Shown: piece after piece, positions 21,779 through 32,681 of the stretch
How the letters are laid out: each line of letters starts with the position of its first letter
How positions within the stretch are numbered: the stretch's first letter is position 1
The notes under the pieces: model-generated
Databases searched by the model: none
The model's input: the letters and a program-made list of their open reading frames with translations, nothing else
Told to the model about the DNA's origin: nothing
Translations under genes and position numbers: made by a program
NCBI GenBank assembly: GCA_963755025.1
Contig: CAVWIH010000028.1
Coordinates: 91,944 to 155,943 of the forward strand
Source: an uncultured Actinomycetes bacterium
GTDB lineage: Bacteria > Actinomycetota > Thermoleophilia > UBA2241
Direction: 5' to 3'
Length of the DNA stretch: 64,000 nt

Positions 21779-23871
21779 GTGTCCGAGCGCCGCGTGCCCG
21801 AACCGCCCCCCTGCGACGGGCCCGGGTCTGCCTCGCCCGCGCCTGCTACGCCGGGACCCGGTGCGCCCGAGCCGGAGCTGTCGCTGACCCTCGGCACCGC
21901 CGGCCACATCGATCACGGCAAGACCGCCCTCGTCACGCGCCTCACGGGCACCAACACCGACCGCCTGCGCGAAGAGCGCGAGCGCGGCATCTCGATCGAG
22001 CTGGGCTACGCCGAGCTCGAGCTGCCCGGCGGCCAGCGCCTCAGCGTGGTCGACGTGCCCGGCCACGAGCGCTTCGTGCGCACCATGGTCGCCGGCGCCA
22101 CCGGCATCGACCTCTTCCTGCTCGTGGTGGCCGCCGACGACGGCGTCATGCCGCAGACCATCGAGCACCTCGCCGTGATCGAGCTGCTCGGCGTGGCGCG
22201 CGGCGTGGTGGCGCTCACCAAGACAGACCTGGTCGACGACGAGCTGCTCGAGATGGCCCACGCCGACGTCGAGCGCTTCCTCGCCGACACGCCCTACGCC
22301 GCGGCGCCCATCGTCGCCGTCAGCGCGCGCGACGGCAGCGGCTTGCCGGAGCTGCTCGACGCCCTCGCGCGTGTCGCGGCGGCCGGCGCCAGCGATCGCC
22401 GCGAGGGGCCGGCGCGCTTGCCGGTCGACCGGGTCTTCGCCTTGAAGGGCTTCGGCACGGTGGTCACCGGCACGCTGTGGCGCGGCGCCGTGCGCGTGGG
22501 CGACCGGCTCGTCGTGCAGCCCGGGGGCGAGGCCGTGACCGTGCGCAGCGTGCAGATGCACGAGCGCGCCGTCGAGGCAGGCCTCGCCGGGCGGCGCGTG
22601 GCGCTCAGCCTGCGCGGCGCCGACCGCGCGACCATCGAGCGCGGCGCGTTCCTGGTGAGTCCCGAGGCGGCCGCCCGCGTCGCCCCGACGCGCTCGTTCG
22701 TGGCCGCCGTGCGCCTGGTCGGCGCCGCGCGCCCGCTCAAGACCGGCGAGCGCCTGCGCCTGCACCACGGCACCACGCAACACGTCGCGCACCTGAGCTT
22801 TCTCGACCGCCGCGAGCTCGGGTCGGGTGACGAGGCGGTGGCGATCGTGCGGCTCGACGGCGACCCGGCCGCCGTCGAGCCGCACGATCGCTTCATCCTG
22901 CGCTCGCTGTCGCCCGGCCAGACCATCGGCGGCGGCACGGTGCTCGACGCCGTGCCGCGGCGCTGGCGCCAGCGGCCCGCCCAGCTCGCCTTCGCCCAGG
23001 CGGTCGCCGCCGGCGACGTGCCGCGCGCGCTGCTGCTGGCCGCGACCGACCGCGGTGCGGCCGGTCTGGCCGCCGGCGAGCTGGTCGCGGCCGGCATCGA
23101 CCCCGCAGCGGCCGCGCCGGCACTGGCGGCGCTCGTCGCCGCGGGCGAGCTCGAGACCGCGGCGCGGGCCGCCCGGGACGACGCGCCGGCCCCGCCGGGC
23201 GCGCCGGCTGCCGAGCGCGGCGCCACAGTCGCCGGCCGCGAACCGCCGCCGCCGAGCGTCGCTACTTTGTGGCCGGCACCGTGACCGAGGTGGTGGGCGC
23301 CCTCGAGGCGCCGCTCGCGCGCCGGGCCGCCGAGCACCCCGAGAACCCGTTCGTGGCGCTCTCCGCCCTGGCCGCCGCCGTGCCGCGCTTTCCGCTCGAC
23401 GAGCTGGCCGCCGTGGTGGCGGGACTGGTGGCGAGCGGCGAGCTCGTCGAGCGTGACGGCGCTTACGCCCGGGCGGGCGCGGGCGACGCCCTGTCGCCCG
23501 CCCACGAAGCGCTCGCGGCGCGGGTCGGCGAGCGCCTCGCGGCGGCGCGTTTCGCGCCGCCCACGCTCGCCTCACTCGAAGAGGAGCTCGGCGCCGACAA
23601 GCGCGACCTGCTGATGGTGCTCGAGGTGCTCACCCGCCGCGGCCTCACGGTGCGCGCCGACCGCGACCTGTGGTTCGCGAGCGCCGCCGTCGACGAGGCG
23701 CGCGAGCGCCTCAGGGAGGCGCTCGCGCGCCTCGGTGAGATCACCCTCGCCGACTACCGCGACGCCCTTGCGACCGGTCGTCGCCACGCCCAGGCGTTGC
23801 TCGAGCTGTTCGATTCCGAGGGGCTCACGCGACGCCGCGGCGATGTGCGCGTGTTGCGGGCGCGCCGCTAG
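21779..23871 (+). CDS. selB: Selenocysteine-specific elongation factor (indel near 23265)
   Basis: [27 protein letters not shown]-terminal winged helix [19 protein letters not shown]. Confidence 0.95.
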
Positions 23872-23974
23872 AGCGAGCGCCGTGGCGGCGCTGGGGCGCG
23901 CCTCAGGCGACCTGGCGTCTCGGGCCTCCGCCGCGCGATGTCCTGGTGGGTGGCCGTGCGGCCGGCGGTAGGGC

Positions 23975-25075
23975 TTACGGCCTGCCCGAGGCGAAGTAGT
24001 CGCCGCCGAAGGCCGAGTCGTAGCGCACGTCGACGCCGGTGTACGGCGCGTCGATCATGGAGCCGCCGCCCACGTAGATGCCCACGTGGTGGATGCCGCC
24101 CGCGGACGGCCCGAAGAAGATGAGGTCGCCGGGCTGCTCAGAGCCGTGCGCGATGTGGGTGATCGAGGCGTACTGCATGGCCGCGTTGTGCGGCAGCGAG
24201 ATACCGAGCTGGGCGTAGACGTACATGGTCAGGCCGGAGCAGTCGAAGCCGCTCGGGCTGGCGCCGCCCCACACGTAGGGGACGCCGAGGTAGCGGGCCG
24301 CGATCGACACGGCCGAGCTGTGGGAGCCGGCCGACGAGGTCGAACCGCCACCACCACCGCCGCCGCCACCGCCCGACGAGACCTGCTGCGGGGCGGATTT
24401 GGCCGCCGCCTGCGCGGCGGCTGCCGCGGCTTCGGCGCGCTGCGCGGCGAGCTTGGCGGCTCGTGCCTGCGCGGCCTGCATCGCGTCAATCTGCTTCTGG
24501 ACGCCGCGCAGCATGGACTGGCGCTCGGAGAGGTCGGACGAGATCTTCTGTTTGGTGGCGGCGCGTTGTGCGACCAGGGTGGCGGCCTGCTTGCCTTCGG
24601 CGAGCAAGGCCACACGGCGGCGGTCGATCTGCTGTTTCAACGCCGTGATGGTGCTGACGGTGTCGCTGTCGCTCTGGTCCACCTGGCGCATGGCGTTGAC
24701 CTCGGTGACCAGGTCGTTGAAGCTCCTGGTGGAGAGCAGCACGTCGAGCACGCTCGCCTTGTCCTGCTTGTACATCGACACTACGCGCTGCGTGAGGAGC
24801 TGGCGGGCGACCAGCAGGTTGTAGCGGGCGATGTTCAGCTGGCGCTGGTTGGTGACGATCTGGGCGCGCACCGTGCCGAGCTTCTGCGAGGCCGCGTCGT
24901 AGGCTTCGACGGCGTACTCCATCTTGGTGTTCAGAGCCGAGACCTGGGCGGCGATGTGCTGCGCCTGCGCCTTTTTCTGGGCGATGGTAGCGCCTTGGGC
25001 GAGTCCGGGCAGCGCGCACAGCACTGCCGATGCGACGATGAGGAAGATGACTGGGAACAAAAGCCTGCGGTGCAT
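23975..25075 (-). CDS. Secreted NlpC/P60 peptidoglycan endopeptidase with coiled-coil N-terminus (CwlO/RipA-like)
   Basis: Signal peptide, long coiled coil, Gly/Ser linker, LGVPYVWGG..GFDCSGL..HVGIY; RBS AAGGAGG. Confidence 0.93.
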   Translation of the reverse strand: MHRRLLFPVIFLIVASAVLCALPGLAQGATIAQKKAQAQHIAAQVSALNTKMEYAVEAYDAASQKLGTVRAQIVTNQRQLNIARYNLLVARQLLTQRVVSMYKQDKASVLDVLLSTRSFNDLVTEVNAMRQVDQSDSDTVSTITALKQQIDRRRVALLAEGKQAATLVAQRAATKQKISSDLSERQSMLRGVQKQIDAMQAAQARAAKLAAQRAEAAAAAAQAAAKSAPQQVSSGGGGGGGGGGSTSSAGSHSSAVSIAARYLGVPYVWGGASPSGFDCSGLTMYVYAQLGISLPHNAAMQYASITHIAHGSEQPGDLIFFGPSAGGIHHVGIYVGGGSMIDAPYTGVDVRYDSAFGGDYFASGRP

Positions 25076-25101
25076 GCCGTCGCCTCCTTTTGGGGCTCAC
25101 C

Positions 25102-25212
25102 CATGGCCGGGAGTCCCTGAGGTGCGCGCGTTACCTCGTGCGCTTCGCTTACGTTGCGGGCCTGCAACCCGTACCGGGGCACGAGCCCGGGGACACTACC
25201 ACAGTCGCCACG
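25102..25212 (-). ncRNA. Candidate structured 5' leader RNA of the NlpC/P60 gene (class not recognised)
   Basis: Closing helices CGTGGC/GCCATG and GTCCC/GGGAC enclose three hairpins; ends about 12 nt before the RBS. Confidence 0.5.
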
Positions 25213-25509
25213 CTCGTACAACCTGACCGGTCAGTCAGTTTCGGCTTCGCACCCATCGACCGCCGCAGGTCGGTGCGCGGCGGGCGGGCGTCACGCTGCT
25301 CGTCGTTGACGCCCTGAGACCTAGAGTTCGCCTTCGGCTCGCGCTCACCTTTGCTCCGGCGCTCGCTCGTCCTTACGTCGGCTCGCGCGCGCCGGTGCTT
25401 TAGGGCCTCGCCCGCGCGACCGGCCCGTGGCGAGCCCCGGGGCTTGGTGATAGCTTGGCGTCGCAGCCGCATCGGGAGCACTGGAGAGACCACGAAGGGG
25501 GCGTCGCTC

Positions 25510-26301
25510 ATGGAGCGCAAGGGACGACTGGCCGGCAAGGTGGCCCTGATCACCGGGGTCGCCAAGCAGGACGGCATAGGGTTCGCCGCGGCGCGGGTCT
25601 TCGCCGACGAAGAGGCCGCCGGCCTGGCCGTCGTCGACATCGCCGACGCGGTACACGCCTGTCCCGCGCACCTCGGGGAGCACTGCTCGAGCCACACGGC
25701 CGATCTCACCAAAGCCGCCGACGTGCAGCGCGTGGTCGACGAAGCGATCGCCGTCCACGGCCGCATCGACGTGCTCGTCAACAACGCCGGCATGGTCGTG
25801 TTCGGGCAAGACGAAGACTTCGCCGCCTTTCAGGACCTCACCGAGCGCCAGTGGGACTTTGGCATCGCCATCAACCTGAAGAGCCAGTTCCTCATGACGC
25901 GCGCCGTCGTGGGCCACATGATCGCGCGCGGCTCGGGGCGCATCGTCAACGTCTCGTCGGCGACTGGGCCGGTGGTGGCCAACCCCGAGGAGTCCGTGTA
26001 CTGCGCCGCCAAAGCGGGTGTGCTCGGGCTCACGCGCGGCCTCGCCCTCGACGTGGCGCGCCACGGCATCACGGTCAACGCAGTGGGGCCGGGCTGGGTG
26101 GCCACCGGGTCGCAGGCCGACGGCGAAGACGTGGGCGGCGCCAACACGCCGCTCAAGCGTTCCGGCCGCCCCGACGAGATCGCCCGGCTGATCTGCTTCC
26201 TGGCCTCAGACGACGCGAGCTACATCACCGGGCAGCTCGTGGTGATCGACGGCGGCAACACGATCCAGGAGTACAAGGGCCCGAGCGAGCTGTATTACTA
26301 G
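25510..26301 (+). CDS. Short-chain dehydrogenase/reductase
   Basis: TGVAKQDGIG, NNAG, YCAAKAG, SYITGQ. Confidence 0.92.
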   Translation: MERKGRLAGKVALITGVAKQDGIGFAAARVFADEEAAGLAVVDIADAVHACPAHLGEHCSSHTADLTKAADVQRVVDEAIAVHGRIDVLVNNAGMVVFGQDEDFAAFQDLTERQWDFGIAINLKSQFLMTRAVVGHMIARGSGRIVNVSSATGPVVANPEESVYCAAKAGVLGLTRGLALDVARHGITVNAVGPGWVATGSQADGEDVGGANTPLKRSGRPDEIARLICFLASDDASYITGQLVVIDGGNTIQEYKGPSELYY

Positions 26302-26479
26302 GCGCGCAACGCAGTCACGCACGCCTGAGCGCCGACGGCGAAGTCCTTCGACGGACTAGGCGCGCAACGTAGTCGCGCCTGCCTGAGCGCCGACGACGAA
26401 GTCCTTCGACGGACTAGGCGCGCAACGCAGTCACGCACGCCTGAGCGCCGACGGCGAAGTCCTTCGACGGACTAGGCGC
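26298..26479 (+). repeat. 58-bp tandem repeat x3 (REP/MITE-like), each unit starting with CTAG
   Basis: Units at 26298, 26356 and 26414 plus CTAGGCGC. Internal hairpins AGGCG..CGCCT and AGTCC-TTCGAC-GGACT. Confidence 0.92.
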
Positions 26480-26480
26480 C

Positions 26481-28265
26481 CTACGTGCCGGCCCCCGGCG
26501 GCGCGGCGCCGGCCGGGCGCGACGGCAGCAGCGGCGTGAAGAACAGCGCCAGCACGGCGATGATCGCCACCACGGCGAGCGAGGCGTCGAGGCCCTTGAT
26601 GCGCGCCGTGCGGTTCAGGTCGACGACGGTCGCCGCGGTGTCGGGCGGCACGCCGGCCTTGGCGAGGTCGCTCTTGAGCTGTGTGTCCGAGACGAACGGC
26701 ACGCCGGCGGCGAGCTGCACGCTCGCCTTCTCTTTGACCGACTGGGGGACGTCGGGCGAGTTGGCGATGCCGCTCGCAAGCGAAGCCGTGAGCGCGCCGA
26801 TCAGCACGGCGCCGATCAGCGCCGTGCCCAGCGACGAGCCCAGGAACATGGCCGTGTTCTGCAGGCCGCCGACCTCGGCGCTGCGTTCGTCGGGCACCGC
26901 CGAGACGGTCACGCTGCCGAGCTGCGAGGCCAGGGCGCCTATGCCCAGGCCGGCGAACAGCAGCGGCACGAGCACGACGCCGGCCGCGGCGTCGAGATCG
27001 ATCCCAGCGATGAGCAGCACGAGCCCCACGAGCAGGGCGAGCAGACCGGCCTGCACGACGCGCCGCGGCGAGGCGCGCGGCAGCAGGCGCGGCACCAGGA
27101 CAGCGGTGAGCAGCAGGCCGATCGACAGCGGCACGAGCCGCACGCCGGTGCCCAGGGCCGAGAGCTCGAGCACGATCGAGAGGAACAGCGGGATCACGAA
27201 GAACGCGCCCGACTGGATGAGGTACTGAAAGAAGAAGGCGATGAGGCCGCCGCGCAGCTGCCGGTTGGCGAAGATCGTGGGGTCGAGGAGCGGCTCACGG
27301 CCCTGCCTGAGCAGGCGCTCCTCCCAGCGCAGGAAGCAGTACAGCACGAGGCCGCCGCCGAGCAGCAGCCAGAGCACCGGCGAGATGCCGAACAGCGAGG
27401 GCTGGCCGGCGTGCGGCTGCACCCAGCCCCAGCGGCTCGACTGCAACACGCCGAAGACCACCATGCCCAGGCCCACGATCGAGCCGGCGACGCCCGGCAG
27501 GTCGATGTGCGTGTGGCCGGCGGCGGGCGCGTCGTGCACGCGCCGCACGAACACGAGGATGACGGCGACGATCACGACCTCGGCGGCGAACACGTACCGC
27601 CACGAGGCGTAGGTGGTCACGGCGCCGCCGATCAGCGGCCCGGCGGCGATCGCCATGGCGCCGGCGGCGGCGATCAGGCCGTAGGCCGCCGGCCGCCGCG
27701 CCGCCACGAAGTTGCCCGCCACGAGCGCCACAATAGCCGGCATGATGAGGGCGGCGCCGATGCCCTCGAGCAGCGACCAGCCGACGAGCATCACCGGCAG
27801 GTTGGGGGCGAGGGCCGTGGTGAGCGAGCCGCAGGCGTAGATCACGCAGCCCAGCGCGAAGATGCGTCGGCGCCCTACGATTGCGCCCAGCTTGCCGCCG
27901 GTGATCATGAGCGTCGCCATCACCAGGGTGTAGAGGGTGATCGCCGTCTGGATGCCGGTGACCGTGGTGTGCAGGCTGGCGGCCACCGAGGCGATCGAGA
28001 CGTTCATCACCGAGCTGTCGAGCGCCATCAGGAACTGCGACGCGCCCAGCACGGCGAGCACCAGGCCGCCGCCCGCCGCGGCCGCCACGGCGGCGCCGCC
28101 GGCCGCAACGCCCGCCGCGCTCGCGCCCGCAGCGCCGCCGGCCGCCGCGCCCGCCGCGGCCGCCGCGGCCGCGGCGCCGGCGCTCGCGTCGTCTCGCGAC
28201 GCTCCTCTCAGGCTGTCAGTCGCATCCACGGAGGCAGCTTCGCCGTCGCCCCCGGTGACTGTCAA
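26481..28265 (-). CDS. MFS transporter (DHA2/EmrB-like); start uncertain
   Basis: QFLMALDSSVMNVSI, GGKLGAIVGRRRIF, GPLIGG, many TM segments. Confidence 0.9.
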   Translation of the reverse strand: MTVTGGDGEAASVDATDSLRGASRDDASAGAAAAAAAAGAAAGGAAGASAAGVAAGGAAVAAAAGGGLVLAVLGASQFLMALDSSVMNVSIASVAASLHTTVTGIQTAITLYTLVMATLMITGGKLGAIVGRRRIFALGCVIYACGSLTTALAPNLPVMLVGWSLLEGIGAALIMPAIVALVAGNFVAARRPAAYGLIAAAGAMAIAAGPLIGGAVTTYASWRYVFAAEVVIVAVILVFVRRVHDAPAAGHTHIDLPGVAGSIVGLGMVVFGVLQSSRWGWVQPHAGQPSLFGISPVLWLLLGGGLVLYCFLRWEERLLRQGREPLLDPTIFANRQLRGGLIAFFFQYLIQSGAFFVIPLFLSIVLELSALGTGVRLVPLSIGLLLTAVLVPRLLPRASPRRVVQAGLLALLVGLVLLIAGIDLDAAAGVVLVPLLFAGLGIGALASQLGSVTVSAVPDERSAEVGGLQNTAMFLGSSLGTALIGAVLIGALTASLASGIANSPDVPQSVKEKASVQLAAGVPFVSDTQLKSDLAKAGVPPDTAATVVDLNRTARIKGLDASLAVVAIIAVLALFFTPLLPSRPAGAAPPGAGT

Positions 28266-28383
28266 GAGCGCGACGCCCCGTGTAAGCTACCGGCGTCCGG
28301 TGCGCGCGTACGCGCACCGGCGCCAGGTCGTCCGCCGGGGGCGCCCGGCCGGGCGAGCGACCGGGTCGCGCAAGGGGGAACCC

Positions 28384-29178
28384 ATGGCCGCGGAGTTCGA
28401 GAACAGGGTCGTGCTGGTCACCGGCGCGGCCGGAGGGATCGGCAAGGCGGTCGCCCGCCGCTTTCTGACCGAGGGCGCGCAGGTCTTTGCCGCCGACGTG
28501 CGCGCCGATCTGCTCGCGGCCGCGCTCGCCGAGCTCGGCGAGACGCCGGGGGCCACCATCTACCCGATCGAGGCCGACGTCAGCGTGGTCGCCGACTGCG
28601 CGCGCATGGTGGCCGTCGCCGTGGCCGGCGGGGGCCGGCTCGACACGCTCGTCAACTGCGCCGGCCTCTGGGTCGAGGGCCCCACCGAGACGATGACCGA
28701 AGACGACTGGGAGCGGATCGTGTCGGTGAACCTCAAGGGCACGTTCTTCTGCTGCCGCTACGCCATTCCCGAGCTGCGCAAGACGCAGGGCTGCATCGTC
28801 AACATCTCCTCCGACGCGGGCGTGGTCGGCACGCCTGAGACGGCGATCTACACGGCCTCCAAAGGCGGCGTGAGCCTGCTCACCAGATCGCTCGCGCTCG
28901 AGCTCGCGCCCGACCTGGTGCGCGTCAACGCGGTCTGTCCGGCCGACGTCATGACCCCGATGCTGCGCTACCAGGCCGACACGTTCGGCGGCGGCGACCC
29001 CGAGGGCTACCTCAAGCGTCTGCTGGGGAGCTACGCCCAGGGCGAGCGCGCCCGTTTCATACGCCCCGACGAGGTGGCCGAGCTGGTCTACTACCTCGCC
29101 GGTGAACAGGCGGCGCCGATCACCGGCGCCCTCTTGTCGATCGACTTCGGAACGAGTGCGGGCTACGGCTACGCCTGA
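28384..29178 (+). CDS. Short-chain dehydrogenase/reductase
   Basis: TGAAGGIG, NCAG, YTASKGG. Confidence 0.92.
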   Translation: MAAEFENRVVLVTGAAGGIGKAVARRFLTEGAQVFAADVRADLLAAALAELGETPGATIYPIEADVSVVADCARMVAVAVAGGGRLDTLVNCAGLWVEGPTETMTEDDWERIVSVNLKGTFFCCRYAIPELRKTQGCIVNISSDAGVVGTPETAIYTASKGGVSLLTRSLALELAPDLVRVNAVCPADVMTPMLRYQADTFGGGDPEGYLKRLLGSYAQGERARFIRPDEVAELVYYLAGEQAAPITGALLSIDFGTSAGYGYA

Positions 29179-29230
29179 CCGCCACGCTTTCCGCCCGGCA
29201 ACGCTTCGAGCGAAGGAGCACGTGTCCCCG

Positions 29231-30640
29231 ATGGCAGACAGACCCTTCATCCACCCGTACATCCCCAACGCCGTGCCGGCCACCAAAGAGGCCATGCTGG
29301 CCGAGCTGGGGCTCGACAGCGTCGAGGAGATCTTCGCCGAGATCCCCGACCGCCTGCGCTTCAAGGGACGGCTCGACATTCCCGAGCCGATCCTCGCCGA
29401 GCGCGACCTGCGGCGCCACGTCAAGGGCCTGCTCGACCGCAACACGAGCTGTGAGGACAACCTCAACTTCTGCGGCGCCGGCTGCTGGCAGCACTACGTG
29501 CCGGCGGTCGTCGACGAGGTCGTCAACCGCGCCGAGTTCCTGTCGGCCTACTGCGGCGGCAGCTACTCCGACCTGGGCAAGTACCAGGCGCGCTTCGAGT
29601 TCAACAGCCAGCTCGGCGAACTGCTCGACCTGGACGGCGTGGCCAACCCCATCTACGACTGGGGCGACGTCGCCGGGCGCAGCTTCCGCATGGCCAAGCG
29701 CATCACCGGGCGCAACCGCGTGCTCGCGCCGCGCACCATGAGCCCCATGCGCTTAGCCGAAGCGCGCACCTTGTGCCAGCCCGAGGTCATGCCCACGCAC
29801 GTGGCCATCGACCTGGTCGACTACGAGCCCGCCACCGGACGGCTCGACCTGGCCGACCTGCGCGCCAAGCTCGGCGACGACGTCGCCGCCGTGTACTGGG
29901 AGAACCCGGGTTACCTGGGCACGATCGAAGACCAGGGCGCCGAGATCGTGCGCCTGGCGCACGAAGCCGGCGCCCTCGCCATCGCCGGCGTCGATCCGAT
30001 CACGCTGGGCGTGCTCACCGCCCCCGGCACGCTCGGGGCCGACATCGCCTGCGGCGACATCCAGCCGCTGGGCATGCACATGCACGCCGGCGCCGGCTGC
30101 TCGGGCTTCATCGCCTTCCGCGACGACGACCCGGTGTTCGCCCAGGAGTGTCCGCTCGAGCTCTACACCCTCCTGCACACCGAGACGCCGGGCGAGTGGC
30201 AGGTGGCCGAGGCGCTGCCCGAGCGCACCTCGTACGGCGCCCGCGACCAGGGCAAGGATTGGGTGGGCACGGCCTCCGGCCTGTGGACCATCGCCGCCGC
30301 CGTCTACATGACGGTCATGGGCCCGCGGGGGTTCCGCGAGCTCGGCGAGACCTGCCTCTCGCGCTCGCACTACGCGGCCAAGCGGCTGGCCGAGCTGCCC
30401 GGCGTCGAGCTCAAGCTCTCGCCTTCGTTCTTCAAGGAGTTCGTCGTGAACTTCGACGGCGCCCACAAGACGGTGGCCGAGGTCAACGCGGGCCTGCTCG
30501 AGCACGCCATCTTCGGCGGCAAGGACCTGTCGGCCGAGTTCCCCGAGCTGGGCCAGAGCGCCCTGTACTGCGTCACCGAATACCACAGCGAGGCCAACAT
30601 CGTGGAGCTCGCGACCGCCCTAAAGGAGGTGCTGTCATGA
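29231..30640 (+). CDS. Divergent GcvPA-like protein
   Basis: Overall GcvPA layout (HPYIPN, GAGCWQHYVP, ENPGYLG, GADIACGD, FKEFVV, CVTE). Canonical TPYQ and REQHIRR motifs are replaced. Confidence 0.88.
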   Translation: MADRPFIHPYIPNAVPATKEAMLAELGLDSVEEIFAEIPDRLRFKGRLDIPEPILAERDLRRHVKGLLDRNTSCEDNLNFCGAGCWQHYVPAVVDEVVNRAEFLSAYCGGSYSDLGKYQARFEFNSQLGELLDLDGVANPIYDWGDVAGRSFRMAKRITGRNRVLAPRTMSPMRLAEARTLCQPEVMPTHVAIDLVDYEPATGRLDLADLRAKLGDDVAAVYWENPGYLGTIEDQGAEIVRLAHEAGALAIAGVDPITLGVLTAPGTLGADIACGDIQPLGMHMHAGAGCSGFIAFRDDDPVFAQECPLELYTLLHTETPGEWQVAEALPERTSYGARDQGKDWVGTASGLWTIAAAVYMTVMGPRGFRELGETCLSRSHYAAKRLAELPGVELKLSPSFFKEFVVNFDGAHKTVAEVNAGLLEHAIFGGKDLSAEFPELGQSALYCVTEYHSEANIVELATALKEVLS

Positions 30641-32256
30641 GCGCGCACGTGACCGACGACGTTCAGGCCAAGCTCGAGCGGCTGGGCAAGCTGCGCCGCG
30701 ACGGCGGCGCCCTGCGCGACTACCACGCGCCCCGCTGGAACGAACCCCTGATCATGGAGCAGAGCGTGCCCGGCGAGCGCGGCGTGCTCGTACCGCTCGC
30801 CGAAGAAGAGGTCAAGAGCGCAGTTGGCGACCCGCTGCAGTACGTGCCCCAGGCCATGCGCCGCGCGGCGGCGCCCGACCTGCCCGAGCTTTCGCAGCAC
30901 CAGGCGCTGCGCCACTACCTGCGCCTCTCGCAGATGACGCTCGGCATGGACCTGGGCTCCGACATCTCCGAGGGCACCTGCACCATGAAGTACAGCCCCA
31001 AGCTCCACGAGGAGCTCGTGCGCTACCACAAGCACGCCGAGCTGCACCCCTGGCAGGACGAGACCACGCTGCAGGGCCTGCTGCAGATCGTCTACGACTG
31101 CGGCGAGTACCTGAAGGCGATCTCCGGCATGCAGGCCATCACCCTGCAGCCCGGCGGCGGCTCGCACGCCGTCTACACCAACGCCTGCGTCATGCGCGCC
31201 TATTTCGCCGCCCGGGGCGAGCTCGAGCAGCGCGACGAGATGATCACCACCATCTTCTCGCACCCCTGCGACGCCGCGACGCCGGCGGTGGCCGGCTTCA
31301 AGGTCATCACGGTGATGCCCGACGAGAACGGCTACCCCGACCTCGAGGCCTTCAAGGCGGCCGTCAGCGAGCGCACCGTGGGTTGCATGATCACCAACCC
31401 CGAAGACACCGGCATCTACAACCCGCAGATCGACAAGTACGTCGAGGTGCTCCACGACGCCGGCGCCCTGGCCTTCACCGACCAGGCCAACGCCAACGGC
31501 ATCATGGGCTTTGCCCGGGCGCGCGACGCCGGCTTCGACGCCTGCCACTTCAACCTGCACAAGACCTTCTCTAGCCCGCACGGCTGCGAGGGCCCAGCGA
31601 CCGGCGCCTACCTGACGACCGACACGCTGGCGCCCTACCTGCCGGTGCCGGTCGTTGCCCGCACGGGCAACACCTATCACCTCGACTACGACCGGCCCGA
31701 GTCGATCGGCCGCGTGCGCGGTTTCCTGGGCAACTGGATGGGCGTGCTGCGCGCCTACGCCTGGATCCGCAACCTGGGCCCCGACGGCCTGCGCGAGGTC
31801 GCCGAGATCAGCGTGCTCAACAACAACTACCTCGACCGCCTGCTCATGGGCGTGCGCGGCGTGAGCCGGCCCTACGCCGAGGGCCACCGCCGGCTCGACC
31901 AGGTGCGCTACAGCCTGGAGACGCTCAAAGAGGAGACCGGCGTGGGCACCGAGGACGTGCGCGACCGCATGGTCGACTTCGGCATCCAGAGCTTCTGGAT
32001 GAGCCACCACCCCTGGGTCGTGCCCGAGCCCTTCACGCCCGAGCCCTGCGAGACCTACTCCAAGGCCGACCTCGACGAGTGGGCGGCCGTCGTCAAGAAG
32101 GCCAGCGACGAGGCCTACGCCGACCCGGCGCAGGTCAAGTCGGCGCCCCACGCGTCGAGCTCGGGGCGCCTGGCCGGGCTCGAAGCCTTCGAAGACCCGG
32201 AGCGCTGGGCCTTCACCTGGCGGGCATACAGACGCAAGAACGGGCTAGTTGGGTAA
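30637..32256 (+). CDS. Divergent GcvPB-like PLP enzyme
   Basis: GTCTMKYSPK, ITNPEDTG, NLHKTFSSPHG (PLP Lys), EPCETYSK. ATGA overlap with the upstream gene. Confidence 0.9.
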   Translation: MSAHVTDDVQAKLERLGKLRRDGGALRDYHAPRWNEPLIMEQSVPGERGVLVPLAEEEVKSAVGDPLQYVPQAMRRAAAPDLPELSQHQALRHYLRLSQMTLGMDLGSDISEGTCTMKYSPKLHEELVRYHKHAELHPWQDETTLQGLLQIVYDCGEYLKAISGMQAITLQPGGGSHAVYTNACVMRAYFAARGELEQRDEMITTIFSHPCDAATPAVAGFKVITVMPDENGYPDLEAFKAAVSERTVGCMITNPEDTGIYNPQIDKYVEVLHDAGALAFTDQANANGIMGFARARDAGFDACHFNLHKTFSSPHGCEGPATGAYLTTDTLAPYLPVPVVARTGNTYHLDYDRPESIGRVRGFLGNWMGVLRAYAWIRNLGPDGLREVAEISVLNNNYLDRLLMGVRGVSRPYAEGHRRLDQVRYSLETLKEETGVGTEDVRDRMVDFGIQSFWMSHHPWVVPEPFTPEPCETYSKADLDEWAAVVKKASDEAYADPAQVKSAPHASSSGRLAGLEAFEDPERWAFTWRAYRRKNGLVG

Positions 32257-32300
32257 GCTGGGGCGACAGGAGCTTCACAGTCGATCACAGGGGGTGCCGC

Positions 32301-32585
32301 ATGCAGACAAAGACCAAGGTGGGCGGTGCGGCCGGAGGGCTGCTCGGCCTCATGGCCCTGGCGGCCATGGCGGTCGCCTTCATCGTGTTCCTCATGGCGG
32401 CCATAGCCGCCGTGGTCGCCGTTGCGGCGGCGGTCATCGCCTTCGTCAAGCGCGAGACCTGGACCAAGCCCGCCTATCGCTGGGCCCGCGACAAGAGCGG
32501 CCGCTGGAGCGCGACACCGTGGAGCGCCGGCGAAGACGCGCTCAATCCCGACGGCGCCATGCGCAGCGAGCGCGCGGCGAACTGA
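32301..32585 (+). CDS. Small membrane protein
   Basis: 94 aa with one long hydrophobic stretch. Confidence 0.65.
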   Translation: MQTKTKVGGAAGGLLGLMALAAMAVAFIVFLMAAIAAVVAVAAAVIAFVKRETWTKPAYRWARDKSGRWSATPWSAGEDALNPDGAMRSERAAN

Positions 32586-32631
32586 CCGGGAGCGCTCGCG
32601 AGTGCGCGGCGTAGTCGGCCTTCGCGGCGTG

Positions 32632-32681
32632 GCGACGGGCGGCGGCGAGGGCCTGGCAAGGCCCTCGCCGCCGCCCGTCGC
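32632..32681. terminator. 23-bp perfect inverted repeat
   Basis: GCGACGGGCGGCGGCGAGGGCCT-GGCA-AGGCCCTCGCCGCCGCCCGTCGC, intergenic. Confidence 0.6.

Noticed and set aside
25102-25212. c-di-AMP (ydaO) riboswitch call
   Set aside because: The gene context fits but the hallmark sequences are not visible, so it is kept as an unclassified candidate.
26298-26479. 58-bp array as a CRISPR
   Set aside because: Units are near-identical along their whole length, with no unique spacers and no cas genes.
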